Notes: generated by a model not told the origin, from the sequence alone. A stretch of 64,000 nucleotides of DNA from Halobacteroidaceae bacterium (GCA_003554145.1 PWFS01000001.1:1439-65438), one strand, 5' to 3'. Positions 39,957 to 50,488 are shown, counted from the stretch's first letter. A program made the numbers and translations.

Positions 39957-41621
39957 GTGCGAAGGTTAACCTGGTTTATTCTGGGCCTGGCCATTCTTTG
40001 GGGGACGGGTACCGCAGCCCGAGAGGTGGAATGGCCCGAGGGCTGGTCTGCTGCAGAAACAATAGATCAGTATAGCATTTTCTCCCAGCGTTACGATGTT
40101 GACTTTAACCAGCAGCAGGATCAGTTTGTAGTTGCGGGAATTACAGGTTCCCGGGGTGCAATGCACCTGATCCTGGATATATTTGAAGCAGGTATTACCC
40201 CCCAAAAAAAGGACCGGCTTCTGGTGCGAGAAGAATCCAGTTTTATTGATTTTCCCCTGGTCTTTATTGATTCTTCTGGTAATTTTCTGTTATTCTGGAT
40301 GGAGGAAATTAATCGCATCCGCCATATTTATTTCCAAAAAATGGATAGAGATGGAAATTTTCTCGGGGATCGGGTAATTATCCTGGAATCTCCCCGCCGG
40401 ATCAGCAATATGCGGGGTTTTTTGGACGAAAAGGATCGGGTTCACTTGAACTGGACGGGCCTGGGAGAAACCGGCCTGGAAATCCACTACAGCCGGCTTG
40501 GGCCTGGGGGCGAGATTGAGCAGGAACCAATTGCCCTGACTTCTTCCGAGAAGTTTTCGTATCGAGGGCTGATTTTGAGTGATGGAGAAAAATTGCACCT
40601 GTTCTGGGTTGAATTGTTCCAGCTTTCTGCTGACTTACAATACCAGCAGTTTAACCTGGAGGGTGATCCCCTGGGTTCAAGCCAGACCATTGCCCATGTA
40701 TCCCTGGTGGATCGGGCTGGTTTTCCTTTTCTGGAAATATCCATGGACGGGGTGCTGGATGAGAGGGGTGAAATCCATCTGATCTGGAATGCCCAGGGAG
40801 ATGGTGACGATTTATTTCGTTCTGGTTCGGATATTTTTTACTCTCGGTTTCGGGATGGGAAAATGGTGGTGGAACCACAGAACCTTATTGCTTACTGGGC
40901 TGATGCCCATTTTCCCGTAATAGCTATAGCCGGTGATAAAATAAAAATTGCCTGGGAAGATCATCTCCGGGCCCCGGTTAGAATTGCCTATCAATCCTGG
41001 GAAAAAAATCAGGAAGGTCCAATAGAGTCTGTTTATCTCAATTACGGGGTCAATTCTGGCTTTTCTCCCCGCATCCTTATTGATGGGGAAGGTTGGGCCC
41101 ATGTGTTCTGGTATAATTTTTTTCGGGATAGAAATATTATAGAAGTTAAAACAATAAATCACCGTTACCCCGGAAGTCCTTCATTTTGGTACCAGCTGGG
41201 TTTGGGGACTGAAAGCCCATTCCAGCGATTGCTTTATGTCCTGGGGTTAAATTTTCTCCTCGCTCTTCTAAACAGTCTTACCCACCTCCATTTTATAATT
41301 ATTGTGATTTTGATGCTGGCCCTGGCCGGGAATTATCTGGATTTAAAAAAGTTTACCTGGGGAGTTATTTTTACCGGTTTTGCCCTGATTTTTTTATTAC
41401 AGGAAACGGGCTGGTACTATCAGCCCCTCTACCTGGAAGGGGGATTTGAATTTCTGTCTACAGCCCTGGCCGCTCTGCTGGTATATGTTTTTTTAAGGGC
41501 TTTTTCTGACTGGCCGGGGATTAAAGATGCCATGGGGCAATTTATAGTTTTCTGGCTTTTTGTTTACTGGCAGACCTTTTTTTCCTTTATTCCCCATTAT
41601 ATTAATGAGATTATCCCTTGA
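39957..41621 (+). CDS. Paralog B of the membrane-anchored repeat protein family
   Basis: GTG start after AGGGAGGAG; VEWPEGWS motif; repeats LLFWMEE, VHLNW, LHLFWVE, IHLIWNA, IKIAWED, AHVFWYN; C-terminal TM helices; 17 nt after polA stop. Confidence 0.6.
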   Translation: MRRLTWFILGLAILWGTGTAAREVEWPEGWSAAETIDQYSIFSQRYDVDFNQQQDQFVVAGITGSRGAMHLILDIFEAGITPQKKDRLLVREESSFIDFPLVFIDSSGNFLLFWMEEINRIRHIYFQKMDRDGNFLGDRVIILESPRRISNMRGFLDEKDRVHLNWTGLGETGLEIHYSRLGPGGEIEQEPIALTSSEKFSYRGLILSDGEKLHLFWVELFQLSADLQYQQFNLEGDPLGSSQTIAHVSLVDRAGFPFLEISMDGVLDERGEIHLIWNAQGDGDDLFRSGSDIFYSRFRDGKMVVEPQNLIAYWADAHFPVIAIAGDKIKIAWEDHLRAPVRIAYQSWEKNQEGPIESVYLNYGVNSGFSPRILIDGEGWAHVFWYNFFRDRNIIEVKTINHRYPGSPSFWYQLGLGTESPFQRLLYVLGLNFLLALLNSLTHLHFIIIVILMLALAGNYLDLKKFTWGVIFTGFALIFLLQETGWYYQPLYLEGGFEFLSTALAALLVYVFLRAFSDWPGIKDAMGQFIVFWLFVYWQTFFSFIPHYINEIIP

Positions 41622-41638
41622 GGGAGGCCTGGACAATT

Positions 41639-41854
41639 ATGGGTTTCTGGCAGGTTTTAATTCAGAAAAAAAGTATTCTTTTCATTGTATTGACTTTACT
41701 GGGTGCAGTTTGTGTTTTTGCCTATATCTATCTGGTAGGTTTGACTGAACCCGCTGAAAGAGGCAGTCTCTGGCTGCCCAAACTGATTATTTTCCTGGTC
41801 CTACTATTATCTCTGATTATTCGTTTTCAGGTGGACCGGTTTAAGAATAAATAG
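41639..41854 (+). CDS. Small 2-TM membrane protein
   Basis: GGGAGG RBS, two hydrophobic helices; overlaps end of paralog B. Confidence 0.4.
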   Translation: MGFWQVLIQKKSILFIVLTLLGAVCVFAYIYLVGLTEPAERGSLWLPKLIIFLVLLLSLIIRFQVDRFKNK

Positions 41855-41870
41855 GGGAGGGGTTGAAGTT

Positions 41871-42737
41871 TTGCCCGAACTGCCAGAAGTAGAAACTGTG
41901 CTGCAATCATTACTTCCAATTCTTCAGGGAAAAACAGTTAATTCTGTAAAAATCAATCACCCCCAGGTAATAGGGTGGCCAGAGTCGCCCCTGACCTTTG
42001 CCCGGGAGTTGACCGGTTTGATTTTCCGGGATGGCCACCGCCGGGGCAAATTTTTAATTTTCCAGATGTCGGGTGAGCGCAGGCTTATTTTTCACCTGCG
42101 GATGACCGGTCAGCTTTTTTATCAGGAAGGGTTTGTTTCTCCTGCCCCCCATACCCACCTGATTCTGGTTCTATCTGGAGGTGGGGCAGTTAACTTTAAG
42201 GATACCCGGCGTTTTGGGAGAGCATATTTACTGCGACCGGGAGAGGAAAAAGAGGCGGGGAACCTGGAGAGACTTGGTCCAGAACCCCTGGATCCAGATT
42301 TTTCCCCAAATGACTTTAAGGATGTTTTAAAAAAAAGGTCCGGCCGGATAAAATCCCTTCTTTTAAATCAATGTTTTCTGGCGGGGCTGGGAAATATTTA
42401 TGTTGATGAAATACTATTCCGCAGCTCTGTTCACCCGGAAACACCGGCTTCCCGCCTGAGGGAAGAGGAAATGGATCGCCTTTACTGCAACATGCGAACC
42501 ATTCTCCGGGAGGCGATATCGGGTCGGGGGACCACTTTCCGGGACTATCGCGATGGAACCGGTCAGGCGGGCGATTTTCAGGGGTTACTACAGGTTTATG
42601 GCCGGGAAGGTCAGAACTGTCCCCATTGTGCGGAGGAAATCAGAAGAAAAAAAGTAGCGGGAAGAAGTTCTTTTTTCTGTCCTCGCTGTCAGAAGGATGA
42701 TAGTTATGACCCTGATTCGATTGGAGAATGTAAGTAA
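41871..42737 (+). CDS. mutM: Formamidopyrimidine-DNA glycosylase
   Basis: (M)PELPEVETV N-terminus with catalytic Pro2/Glu3, C-terminal CPHC...CPRCQ zinc finger; TTG start. Confidence 0.9.
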   Translation: MPELPEVETVLQSLLPILQGKTVNSVKINHPQVIGWPESPLTFARELTGLIFRDGHRRGKFLIFQMSGERRLIFHLRMTGQLFYQEGFVSPAPHTHLILVLSGGGAVNFKDTRRFGRAYLLRPGEEKEAGNLERLGPEPLDPDFSPNDFKDVLKKRSGRIKSLLLNQCFLAGLGNIYVDEILFRSSVHPETPASRLREEEMDRLYCNMRTILREAISGRGTTFRDYRDGTGQAGDFQGLLQVYGREGQNCPHCAEEIRRKKVAGRSSFFCPRCQKDDSYDPDSIGECK

Positions 42738-44565
42738 ATATTTTTCGGGAGAACTTCTTCTGGAAGGAGTTAATCTACAGGTTGAGAACGGTGACCGCCT
42801 GGGTTTAATTGGCAGGAATGGTACGGGAAAAACCACTCTCCTGGAAATAATCCGGGGGAATAAAGAAGCTGATCAGGGGGTAATTGAGCGCAATCGCAAT
42901 ATTACTACTGGATTTTTGCCCCAGACCCTGCTGTGGGCCCAGGAAGGTCTGGTTTCTGATTATCTGTGGAAGGCCTTTTCGGAACAGGTGCAGCTTCGAA
43001 AACAACTGGAAAAAATTACGGAGGCAATAAGCGAAAAAGCAGATAGTACTCTTCTGGAGAAATATGCCCGACTGCAGGAAAAATTTGAAGAAGCCGGGGG
43101 CTATGAATGTGAGAGCAGAATCCGGGGCATCATTAACGGGCTTGGTTTTGCCGAAGAAGCTCTGGACCGGGATCTGAGGAGTTTCAGTGGAGGGGAAAAA
43201 ACCCGCCTGGCCCTGGCCCGCCTTCTTTTGGAAAAGCCAGACCTTTTACTCCTGGATGAACCAACCAATCACCTGGACCGCAACAATCGGGAGTGGCTGG
43301 CCTCTTTTCTCCAGGATTATCCAGGGGCCCTGATTCTGGTTTCTCACGACCGCTATTTTCTGGATCAGGTGGTGCAGGGTATTCTGGAAATTGATTACTG
43401 CCACCTTTATAATTATCCAGGCAATTATTCCAGCTTCACCCAGCAGCGGGAATTAAAAGTTAAAACCTGGGCCCGCGAATATGAAAAACAGCAGGAAGAA
43501 ATTGCAGCCCTGGAAGATTTTATCCGTAGATACAAGGCTGGACAGCGAACTAAAGAAGCCCGGGCCCGGGAAAAGAGACTGGAGCGAATGAAGCGTATTC
43601 CTCCACCTCCGCCGCCTCGCAAGAAATTAAAACTTCGTTTTCCCCTGAATCGCATGAGTGGCCAGGAGGTTTTGGAAACCAGTAATCTGGGCTGTGTTAA
43701 AGAGGGCCGAAAACTTTTTTCCGGGGTGGAAACCGAGCTCCGGCGCGGGGAGAGAATTGCCTTTCTGGGTCCCAACGGGGCAGGAAAAACAACTTTTCTC
43801 AAGTGCCTTCTGGACAGTCATCCCCATCAGGGAATGGTTAAATGGGGGCACGGAGTAGAAACCGGTTATTTTGATCAAGAGGGAGGTTTTTTGCCCAGGG
43901 AAAAAACTCTTTTTGAAATTGTGGCCGATTATGGATTGACCCGCCGGCAGGATATAATGGATCATCTTGGTGCTTTTCGATTTGGCGGCGAAGAAGCAGA
44001 AAAGCAGGTGAAGATGTTAAGTGGAGGTGAGTTGTCCCGCTTTAATCTGGCCCTACTGGTTTTGCAGGGCGCCAATGTTCTTCTGCTGGATGAGCCCACC
44101 AATCACCTGGATCTGGATCTGCAGGAATGGCTGGAAGAGGCCATGGTTGCTTTTAAAGGAACCCTCGTTTTCACCTCCCATGATCGCTATTTTATTGAGC
44201 GGGTTGCCACCGGGATCTGGTATTTAAACAGGGGGTTTTTCAAGCAATTTTCGGGTAGTTATGAGGAATTTTTGGATTGGGAACGGGAATTATTGGCTTC
44301 CTGGAAAAAGCCTGCCCGGGCAAAAAAAGAAAGGGGCAAAAAAAAGGCGGTTCCCGCCAGAAAAGAAAACGGGAAAAAAAAGAGGCAGCACCTGGAAGAG
44401 GAAATATCCCGCCTGGAAAAAATTATAGGGGAATATAATTCGCTCTTTGCTGACCCAGAATTTTTTAAGAGGGACGATGTTGCAGAATTAACTGCTGATT
44501 ATGAAGAGAAGAAGGAAAAACTGGAAAAGCTAATGGAAGAATGGGAAAAGACCCTGGAAGAATAA
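42706..44565 (+). CDS. ABC-F family ATPase (two ABC domains, Uup-like C-terminal Lys-rich coiled coil)
   Basis: Two Walker A (GRNGTGKTT, GPNGAGKTT), two LSGGE signatures, inter-domain linker, C-terminal KKERGKKKAV...; overlaps mutM by 32 nt. Confidence 0.85.
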   Translation: MTLIRLENVSKYFSGELLLEGVNLQVENGDRLGLIGRNGTGKTTLLEIIRGNKEADQGVIERNRNITTGFLPQTLLWAQEGLVSDYLWKAFSEQVQLRKQLEKITEAISEKADSTLLEKYARLQEKFEEAGGYECESRIRGIINGLGFAEEALDRDLRSFSGGEKTRLALARLLLEKPDLLLLDEPTNHLDRNNREWLASFLQDYPGALILVSHDRYFLDQVVQGILEIDYCHLYNYPGNYSSFTQQRELKVKTWAREYEKQQEEIAALEDFIRRYKAGQRTKEARAREKRLERMKRIPPPPPPRKKLKLRFPLNRMSGQEVLETSNLGCVKEGRKLFSGVETELRRGERIAFLGPNGAGKTTFLKCLLDSHPHQGMVKWGHGVETGYFDQEGGFLPREKTLFEIVADYGLTRRQDIMDHLGAFRFGGEEAEKQVKMLSGGELSRFNLALLVLQGANVLLLDEPTNHLDLDLQEWLEEAMVAFKGTLVFTSHDRYFIERVATGIWYLNRGFFKQFSGSYEEFLDWERELLASWKKPARAKKERGKKKAVPARKENGKKKRQHLEEEISRLEKIIGEYNSLFADPEFFKRDDVAELTADYEEKKEKLEKLMEEWEKTLEE

Positions 44566-44610
44566 TCAGGTTAATGAGCAGAGAAAATATGGCTGCAGGG
44601 GAGGGATAGC

Positions 44611-45234
44611 TTGGAAAAAATAGGAATTACGGGAGGCCTGGGCACGGGCAAATCAAAGGTCCTGGAAATTGTTCGAAAATTGGGGAGCCCGGCTATCAGC
44701 GCCGATGAAATAGTTCATCAGGAAATGGGAAAAGGCCAGAAGGTTTATGAAGAAATTGTCCACAGTTTCGGGGAAAATATCCTGGGAGAAAACGGTGAAA
44801 TTGACCGGTCCAGGCTGGCTGAAATCGTTTTCACAGATGAGAAAAAAAGGCAGCAACTGGAAGCACTGGTTCATCCCCGAGTCCGGGAAGTAATATTGGA
44901 ATTCTTTGACCAACAGGCCCGTAAGGAACCCTCCCCGGCGGCTGTTTTTGTTGAAGTGCCCCTTCTTTATGAGGTGGGCTGGGAAAAACATTTTGACCGG
45001 GTATGGGTGGTTTATGCCCCCCGGGAAATGGTCCGCAATCGCCTATTAAAAGCCAATCGCTATTCTCCGGAAGATCTTAATGCCCGTCTTCAGGCCCAGA
45101 TGTCCCTCCGGGAAAAGGTAAAAAGGGCCGATGTAGTTATTGAGAATAAGGGCAGCCTGCGAGACCTGGAAAAAAGAGTCCGGGAGAGGTGGAGAAGAAT
45201 TCATGCCAAAAATAGCTCTGATCGCCCACGATAA
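44611..45234 (+). CDS. coaE: Dephospho-CoA kinase
   Basis: IGITGGLGTGKS P-loop; about 200 aa; TTG start after AGGGGAGGG. Confidence 0.85.
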   Translation: MEKIGITGGLGTGKSKVLEIVRKLGSPAISADEIVHQEMGKGQKVYEEIVHSFGENILGENGEIDRSRLAEIVFTDEKKRQQLEALVHPRVREVILEFFDQQARKEPSPAAVFVEVPLLYEVGWEKHFDRVWVVYAPREMVRNRLLKANRYSPEDLNARLQAQMSLREKVKRADVVIENKGSLRDLEKRVRERWRRIHAKNSSDRPR

Positions 45235-45568
45235 AAAGAAAAAAGAGATGGTCCAGCTGATAGGCAATTTTCGGGATCGGTTGGAGGGACAGGGCCTTTT
45301 TGCAACGGGGAATACCGGAAAGCTTTTGATTGAAGAGCATAATCTGGCCATAAAAACTATGGCTTCAGGCCCTCTGGGCGGGGATCAGCAAATTGGAAGC
45401 CTGGTCACTTCTGGAGAAGTAAATGTGGTAATTTTTTTGCGGGATCCTCTAACTGCTCAGCCCCATGAGCCGGATATAACCGCATTAATGAGGGTTTGTG
45501 ATGTCCATGAAATCCCCCTGGCAACCAATATTACATCCGCAAGAATTATCCTGGATGGGGTACTGTAG
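45203..45568 (+). CDS. mgsA: Methylglyoxal synthase
   Basis: MPKIALIAHDKKK..., LFATGNTG, GPLGGDQQIG, IFLRDPL conserved MgsA segments; overlaps coaE 3' end by 32 nt. Confidence 0.85.
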   Translation: MPKIALIAHDKKKKEMVQLIGNFRDRLEGQGLFATGNTGKLLIEEHNLAIKTMASGPLGGDQQIGSLVTSGEVNVVIFLRDPLTAQPHEPDITALMRVCDVHEIPLATNITSARIILDGVL

Positions 45569-45613
45569 ATAGATTGAAAAAATGGAAAGAGAGAGGGCAG
45601 GTGTAGGGGTAAA

Positions 45614-46165
45614 ATGAAAGCATTTTCCTTCCGGGCGGTATTATTTAATGCTGGAGTGGGTTTTTTGATTATTTTTCTCCTATTTCCTCAGCTGGGGCGG
45701 TTATATTACCCCTTTTTATTCCGGGAAGAAATAGAGGAACTGGGGGCAATTTATGACCTTGAACCAGAATTAATTGCTGCCCTGATCCACGTAGAAAGCA
45801 AATTTAATACTGCAGCCGAATCGGGCAAAGGCGCCCGAGGGCTCATGCAGATAATGCCTTCTACCGGGGCCTGGGTTGCGGGGGGGCTGGGCATTCTGGA
45901 TTTTGACCCCGAGGATCTTTTTGATCCCCAGGTCAATTTGCAGATTGGCTGCTGGTACCTGGCCAGTTTACGGGAAGAGTTTTCCAGCATTACAACTGCC
46001 CTGGCTGCCTATAATGCGGGGCGGGGTAATGTTAAGGGCTGGCTCAATAATGGCATCTGGGATGGGACCCCGGAAAATAGGGATGATATCCCCTTCCTGG
46101 AGACCAGGACTTACTTGAGTAGAATTGAGAGAACTCTGCACAGGTATAGGAGTTTGTACGAATAA
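45614..46165 (+). CDS. Lytic transglycosylase (SLT domain)
   Basis: LIHVESKFN (catalytic Glu), GLMQIMPSTG, AYNAG motifs. Confidence 0.75.
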   Translation: MKAFSFRAVLFNAGVGFLIIFLLFPQLGRLYYPFLFREEIEELGAIYDLEPELIAALIHVESKFNTAAESGKGARGLMQIMPSTGAWVAGGLGILDFDPEDLFDPQVNLQIGCWYLASLREEFSSITTALAAYNAGRGNVKGWLNNGIWDGTPENRDDIPFLETRTYLSRIERTLHRYRSLYE

Positions 46166-46335
46166 TTAAATAGCATTTTTTGCTTATTTTTGCAGGAAAA
46201 ATAAAATGTAAAGCGAATATGAATTTAAATGAGTTAAATATTTTTGCTTTTTTTTATGGGGGTGATAATTGGAGTTTTCTGGAATTAAATGTTTGAATTT
46301 ATGGGGTGTCATAATTCTTTAAGGAGGAATGCTCA

Positions 46336-48051
46336 GTGAAAAAAAGTCTGGTTGTGTTTTTTGTGGGGGCATTGGTCCTGGCCATGTCCTTTTCCGTAAT
46401 CGCCGCCGTGCCCGCCGATTACGTTGAATCTCCCTATCCAGTGGGGAATGTGGGGGAAACTCTCTTAAGTTCTCAAATTTCTGACCCAAGAACTTTTAAT
46501 ACCCATATTGCCAAGGAAACCTCTTCTACAGATGTTATTAATCAGTTTTTGACCTCTTTTACCCGCCGTGATCCTCATACTGCCGAGATCATTCCTAATC
46601 TGGCTAAGGGATGGGATTTCAGTGATGATGGACTGGAGTGGACTTTTTATCTTCGTGAGGGGGCAAAATGGAGTGATGGAACGCCCATCACTGCCTATGA
46701 TGCGGAATTCACCTTTGACGTAATTTATGACGAAACTGTTCCCACCAGCTCCCGGGATGTTTTGCAGGTAGCAGGGCAGTATCTGGATTATGAAGTTATT
46801 GATGATTACACTTTCCGCCTGTATCTTCCCGAGCCTTTTGCTCCTCTGCTTGCCACCCTGCCCAATATTGTTCCCAAGCATGCCCTTTATGATGCGTGGG
46901 AAGCCGGGGACTATAATGAAACCTGGAGTATTAATACTCCACCCTCAGAAATAATCGGTTCAGCTGCCTTTATGCTGGGTGGCTATCGTCCGGGTGAGCG
47001 TGTTGTTCTGCTTCGTAATCCCAACTTCTGGCATGTAAATGAGCGGGGAGACGCCCTGCCTTATATTAGCCGCTGGATTATGCAGATTGTTGAAAGTCAG
47101 GATGCTGCCAGTCTTGCCTTTGAAGCTGGAGAAACCCATGTAAACAGTGTGCGTCCGGCTGACTATGCGCGTTATCGCATGAATGAGCGTAACTGGAATA
47201 TGCAGGTGCATAATATGGGCCCAACTTTCAGCACCCTTTTTGTTATCATGAATATGAATCCACGGGGTCCGCACTTTGAAGAAGAGCCCTACAAACTGGA
47301 ATGGTTCAAAAATCTCCATTTCCGCAGGGCAGTAGCTCATGCTGTGGATAAGTATACCATGGTTGATCAGCTCTATGATGGGCTGGCTACTCCTCAGTGG
47401 TCTCCAGTTAGTGCGCCCAATGAATTCTTCCTCAATCCCGATGTCAAGAAATATGAGTATGACCTGGATGCAGCCCGGGAAGAACTGGAAAAGGGTGGCT
47501 TTACCTGGGATGCCCAGGGCCGGCTGTTTGATGATGATGGTAATCGGGTCAGCTTTATTCTGACCACCAATGCCGGTGTTGATGTGCGCGAAGGTGCCGG
47601 TAACCTGCTACAGGCTGACCTGCAGGAGCTGGGTATGGACGTAACCTTCACCCCGGTTGATTTCAACTACCTGGTCAATCAGCTGACCAGTGAGTTTGAA
47701 TGGGATATGATGATTATGGGTCTTACCGGTGGCCTCGAACCCCATACCGGCCGCAATGTATGGCATTCTTCGGGTAACCTGCATATGTGGAATCCTTTAC
47801 AGGATGAGCCCGCTACCGAATGGGAAGCCCGGATAGATGAAATCTTTGACGAAGCTGCAACTGTTCTCGATCCGGATGAGCGCCAGGCTCTCTATTATGA
47901 GTGGCAGGAAATTATTGCCGAACAGGTTCCCATTATTTATACCGTTGTTCAGGATAGTCTCCTTGCTATGCGCAACACGGTTAAGAATGCTGATCCTACC
48001 ATTGTTGGCGGCTGGACTCACAATATAGAAAGTCTCTTTATTGAAAGATAG
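46336..48051 (+). CDS. oppA: ABC transporter substrate-binding protein, family 5 (oligopeptide/dipeptide)
   Basis: 571 aa; signal peptide without lipobox Cys; family-5 SBP size and composition; GTG start after AAGGAGG; heads permease/ATPase operon. Confidence 0.8.
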   Translation: MKKSLVVFFVGALVLAMSFSVIAAVPADYVESPYPVGNVGETLLSSQISDPRTFNTHIAKETSSTDVINQFLTSFTRRDPHTAEIIPNLAKGWDFSDDGLEWTFYLREGAKWSDGTPITAYDAEFTFDVIYDETVPTSSRDVLQVAGQYLDYEVIDDYTFRLYLPEPFAPLLATLPNIVPKHALYDAWEAGDYNETWSINTPPSEIIGSAAFMLGGYRPGERVVLLRNPNFWHVNERGDALPYISRWIMQIVESQDAASLAFEAGETHVNSVRPADYARYRMNERNWNMQVHNMGPTFSTLFVIMNMNPRGPHFEEEPYKLEWFKNLHFRRAVAHAVDKYTMVDQLYDGLATPQWSPVSAPNEFFLNPDVKKYEYDLDAAREELEKGGFTWDAQGRLFDDDGNRVSFILTTNAGVDVREGAGNLLQADLQELGMDVTFTPVDFNYLVNQLTSEFEWDMMIMGLTGGLEPHTGRNVWHSSGNLHMWNPLQDEPATEWEARIDEIFDEAATVLDPDERQALYYEWQEIIAEQVPIIYTVVQDSLLAMRNTVKNADPTIVGGWTHNIESLFIER

Positions 48052-48138
48052 TTGGAGTAATTAAAATAAGGGGGGAGAGTTTCCTCTTCCCCCTTAATTT
48101 TTTATTCTATCTGATCGCTGGGGGAGAGGAGGCCTAGT

Positions 48139-49110
48139 ATGAGGATTTATATAATCCGGCGAATTCTGCAAATGTTTCCCCTGCTTTTGGGTATCAGTAT
48201 GATGAGCTTTTTTGTACTGAACCTATCGCCGGGGGATTTCCTTGCCCAGATAGAAATGAATCCAGACATCTCGGCAACTTTAATTGCCCAGATGCGGGCA
48301 GATTTTGGCCTGGACCAACCGGTGTGGGTTCAGTATTTTTACTGGCTGCGGGAACTATTAAGATTAAATTTTGGCGAATCTTTTGCCTATCGGATTCCTG
48401 TGGAACAGTTGATTGGTTTTCGAATAATGAATACCTTCCGGCTGTCCCTGGCCGCAACGGTTTTAACCTGGGTTGTGGCAATTCCAGTGGGGATTCATGC
48501 TGCAATTAACCGCTATTCACTGCGGGATAATGTTCTTACCTTTTTCACCTTTTTTGGAATATCCGTACCCAACTTTTTCTTTGGGTTGATTCTTCTATTC
48601 CTGATTGCCAGATATGGATTGTTAGGTTTACCCGTGGGGGGTATGACTTCATGGTACCACGAAGAATTATCTTTTATGGCCAGGATGTGGGACTATATTC
48701 GTCACCTTATTCCACCGACCATAGTTCTGGCAACTGCAGGAATGGCCGGCCTGATGCGTCAAATGCGAGGGCAGATGATGGATGCAATGAGTCAGGATTA
48801 TATACGAACTGCACGATCCAAGGGCTTGAATGATCGGGTGGTTATTTATAAACATGCTCTGCGTAATGCCATCAACCCCCTGATTACTATTTTTGGTTTT
48901 AGTATCAGTGCTCTTTTGAGTGGAGCTGCAATTACCGAGGTAGTTTTCAGTTATCCAGGTCTGGGGAATATGCTCCTTACTGCAGTAAGGCAAAAAGATC
49001 TATATGTCGCCATGGCTGGACTTATGATGGGAAGTGTTCTTCTTATCCTGGGGAATCTTCTGGCAGATATTCTGCTTGCAGTTACCGATCCCCGGATAAG
49101 ATATAATTAG
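48139..49110 (+). CDS. oppB: Oligopeptide ABC transporter permease
   Basis: DYIRTARSKGL...VIYKHALRNA signature of OppB/DppB. Confidence 0.85.
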   Translation: MRIYIIRRILQMFPLLLGISMMSFFVLNLSPGDFLAQIEMNPDISATLIAQMRADFGLDQPVWVQYFYWLRELLRLNFGESFAYRIPVEQLIGFRIMNTFRLSLAATVLTWVVAIPVGIHAAINRYSLRDNVLTFFTFFGISVPNFFFGLILLFLIARYGLLGLPVGGMTSWYHEELSFMARMWDYIRHLIPPTIVLATAGMAGLMRQMRGQMMDAMSQDYIRTARSKGLNDRVVIYKHALRNAINPLITIFGFSISALLSGAAITEVVFSYPGLGNMLLTAVRQKDLYVAMAGLMMGSVLLILGNLLADILLAVTDPRIRYN

Positions 49111-49128
49111 AGGAAAGGAGGTATAATT

Positions 49129-50466
49129 GTGCAGCAACCTCCAGCCAATCAGGATTTTGAAAAGCAAAGAAAAAAAATGGAGAGCGAAGAAGATTTTATC
49201 CGCTCACCTATAAGGGTAGCCTGGATGCGATTAAAAAGGCACCGCCTGGCTCTTTTTGGGGGAATTGTTCTGGCAATTCTTTATTTCTCTGTTATTTTTG
49301 CCCCCCTGTATGCTCCCTATGACCCCTATCAGCAGTTCCGGGGGAAATCATATCACCCTCCTGTTTCCATCCGGGTTCGAGATGAGGATGGGAATTTCCG
49401 AATGCCCTTTATCTACAATTACCTCCGTGGCCACCGCTATATGATATATGGATATTTTGATCAGGAGGATCCGGATACTGGTGAGATGACTGAACTTGAG
49501 GAGGACCTGGGGACTTTTGATGTTGTTGACCGGGCGGAGGCCCATGGTAAGGCCGAAAAAATTGCGGAGGAAGAAGGAGCAGATGATTTCACCTATTTCC
49601 CAATTATGAGGATCTGGGTGGAAGACAGGCAGGAATCACCCCGCTTTCCGTTGAAACTATTTGCAGAGTCGGATAGAGATTTTTCGGTTCTCGGAATTCC
49701 TGCCAGTACAAAAATCCTGGGTCTGGGAGAACCCAGCTTTGCAGACCCCTATTCTGAGCGGGAAACCGCACGTATTTTTCTGTACGGTACTGATCAGTTT
49801 GGCCGGGATAATTTCAGTAGACTTCTGCACGGAGGTCGGGTCTCCCTGTTTATTGGTATCGTAGCCCTGATGATCAGTACTTTTATTGGAATGATTTTTG
49901 GAGGCATTTCCGGGTATTATGGAGGCTGGATTGATAACATGATGATGCGCCTGGCAGAAGTGGTTATGAGTTTCCCGCAATTTTATCTACTCATGGCCCT
50001 GGCCGCGGTTTTACCCCTGGACATGACTTCTGCTGCCCGGTTCTTTTTAATCGTTGTGATCCTGGCTTTTGTAGGCTGGGCCGGCCTGGCCCGGGTTATC
50101 CGGGGTATGGTTCTATCCATCAGTCAGCAGGACTTTGTCGAGGCTGCACGAGCTCTGGGCGGTAGTGACCTGCGAATTATTATTCGTCATGTTCTTCCCA
50201 ACACCTACACTTATGTAATTGTAGCTGCAACCCTGGCCCTTCCCGGCTATATTCTGACCGAGGCTGGATTGAGCTTTTTGGGCCTGGGGATACAGCAACC
50301 ACAGGCCAGCTGGGGGAACATGTTATCAGCGGCCCAGAGCATTAGAGTTTTGACCGAAAATGCCTGGCTACTGGTTCCCGGTTTCTTTATTTTTATTGCT
50401 GTTCTGGCGTTCAGTTTCTTGGGTGACGGCATCCGAGATGCTTTTGATCCCAAGACTGATGTATAA
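49129..50466 (+). CDS. oppC: Oligopeptide ABC transporter permease with extended N-terminal periplasmic region
   Basis: C-terminal OppC/DppC permease core (EAARALGGSDLRII); about 150 extra N-terminal residues after first TM. Confidence 0.85.
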   Translation: MQQPPANQDFEKQRKKMESEEDFIRSPIRVAWMRLKRHRLALFGGIVLAILYFSVIFAPLYAPYDPYQQFRGKSYHPPVSIRVRDEDGNFRMPFIYNYLRGHRYMIYGYFDQEDPDTGEMTELEEDLGTFDVVDRAEAHGKAEKIAEEEGADDFTYFPIMRIWVEDRQESPRFPLKLFAESDRDFSVLGIPASTKILGLGEPSFADPYSERETARIFLYGTDQFGRDNFSRLLHGGRVSLFIGIVALMISTFIGMIFGGISGYYGGWIDNMMMRLAEVVMSFPQFYLLMALAAVLPLDMTSAARFFLIVVILAFVGWAGLARVIRGMVLSISQQDFVEAARALGGSDLRIIIRHVLPNTYTYVIVAATLALPGYILTEAGLSFLGLGIQQPQASWGNMLSAAQSIRVLTENAWLLVPGFFIFIAVLAFSFLGDGIRDAFDPKTDV

Positions 50467-50488
50467 AAGAAAGGAGGCTTAACAAAAA

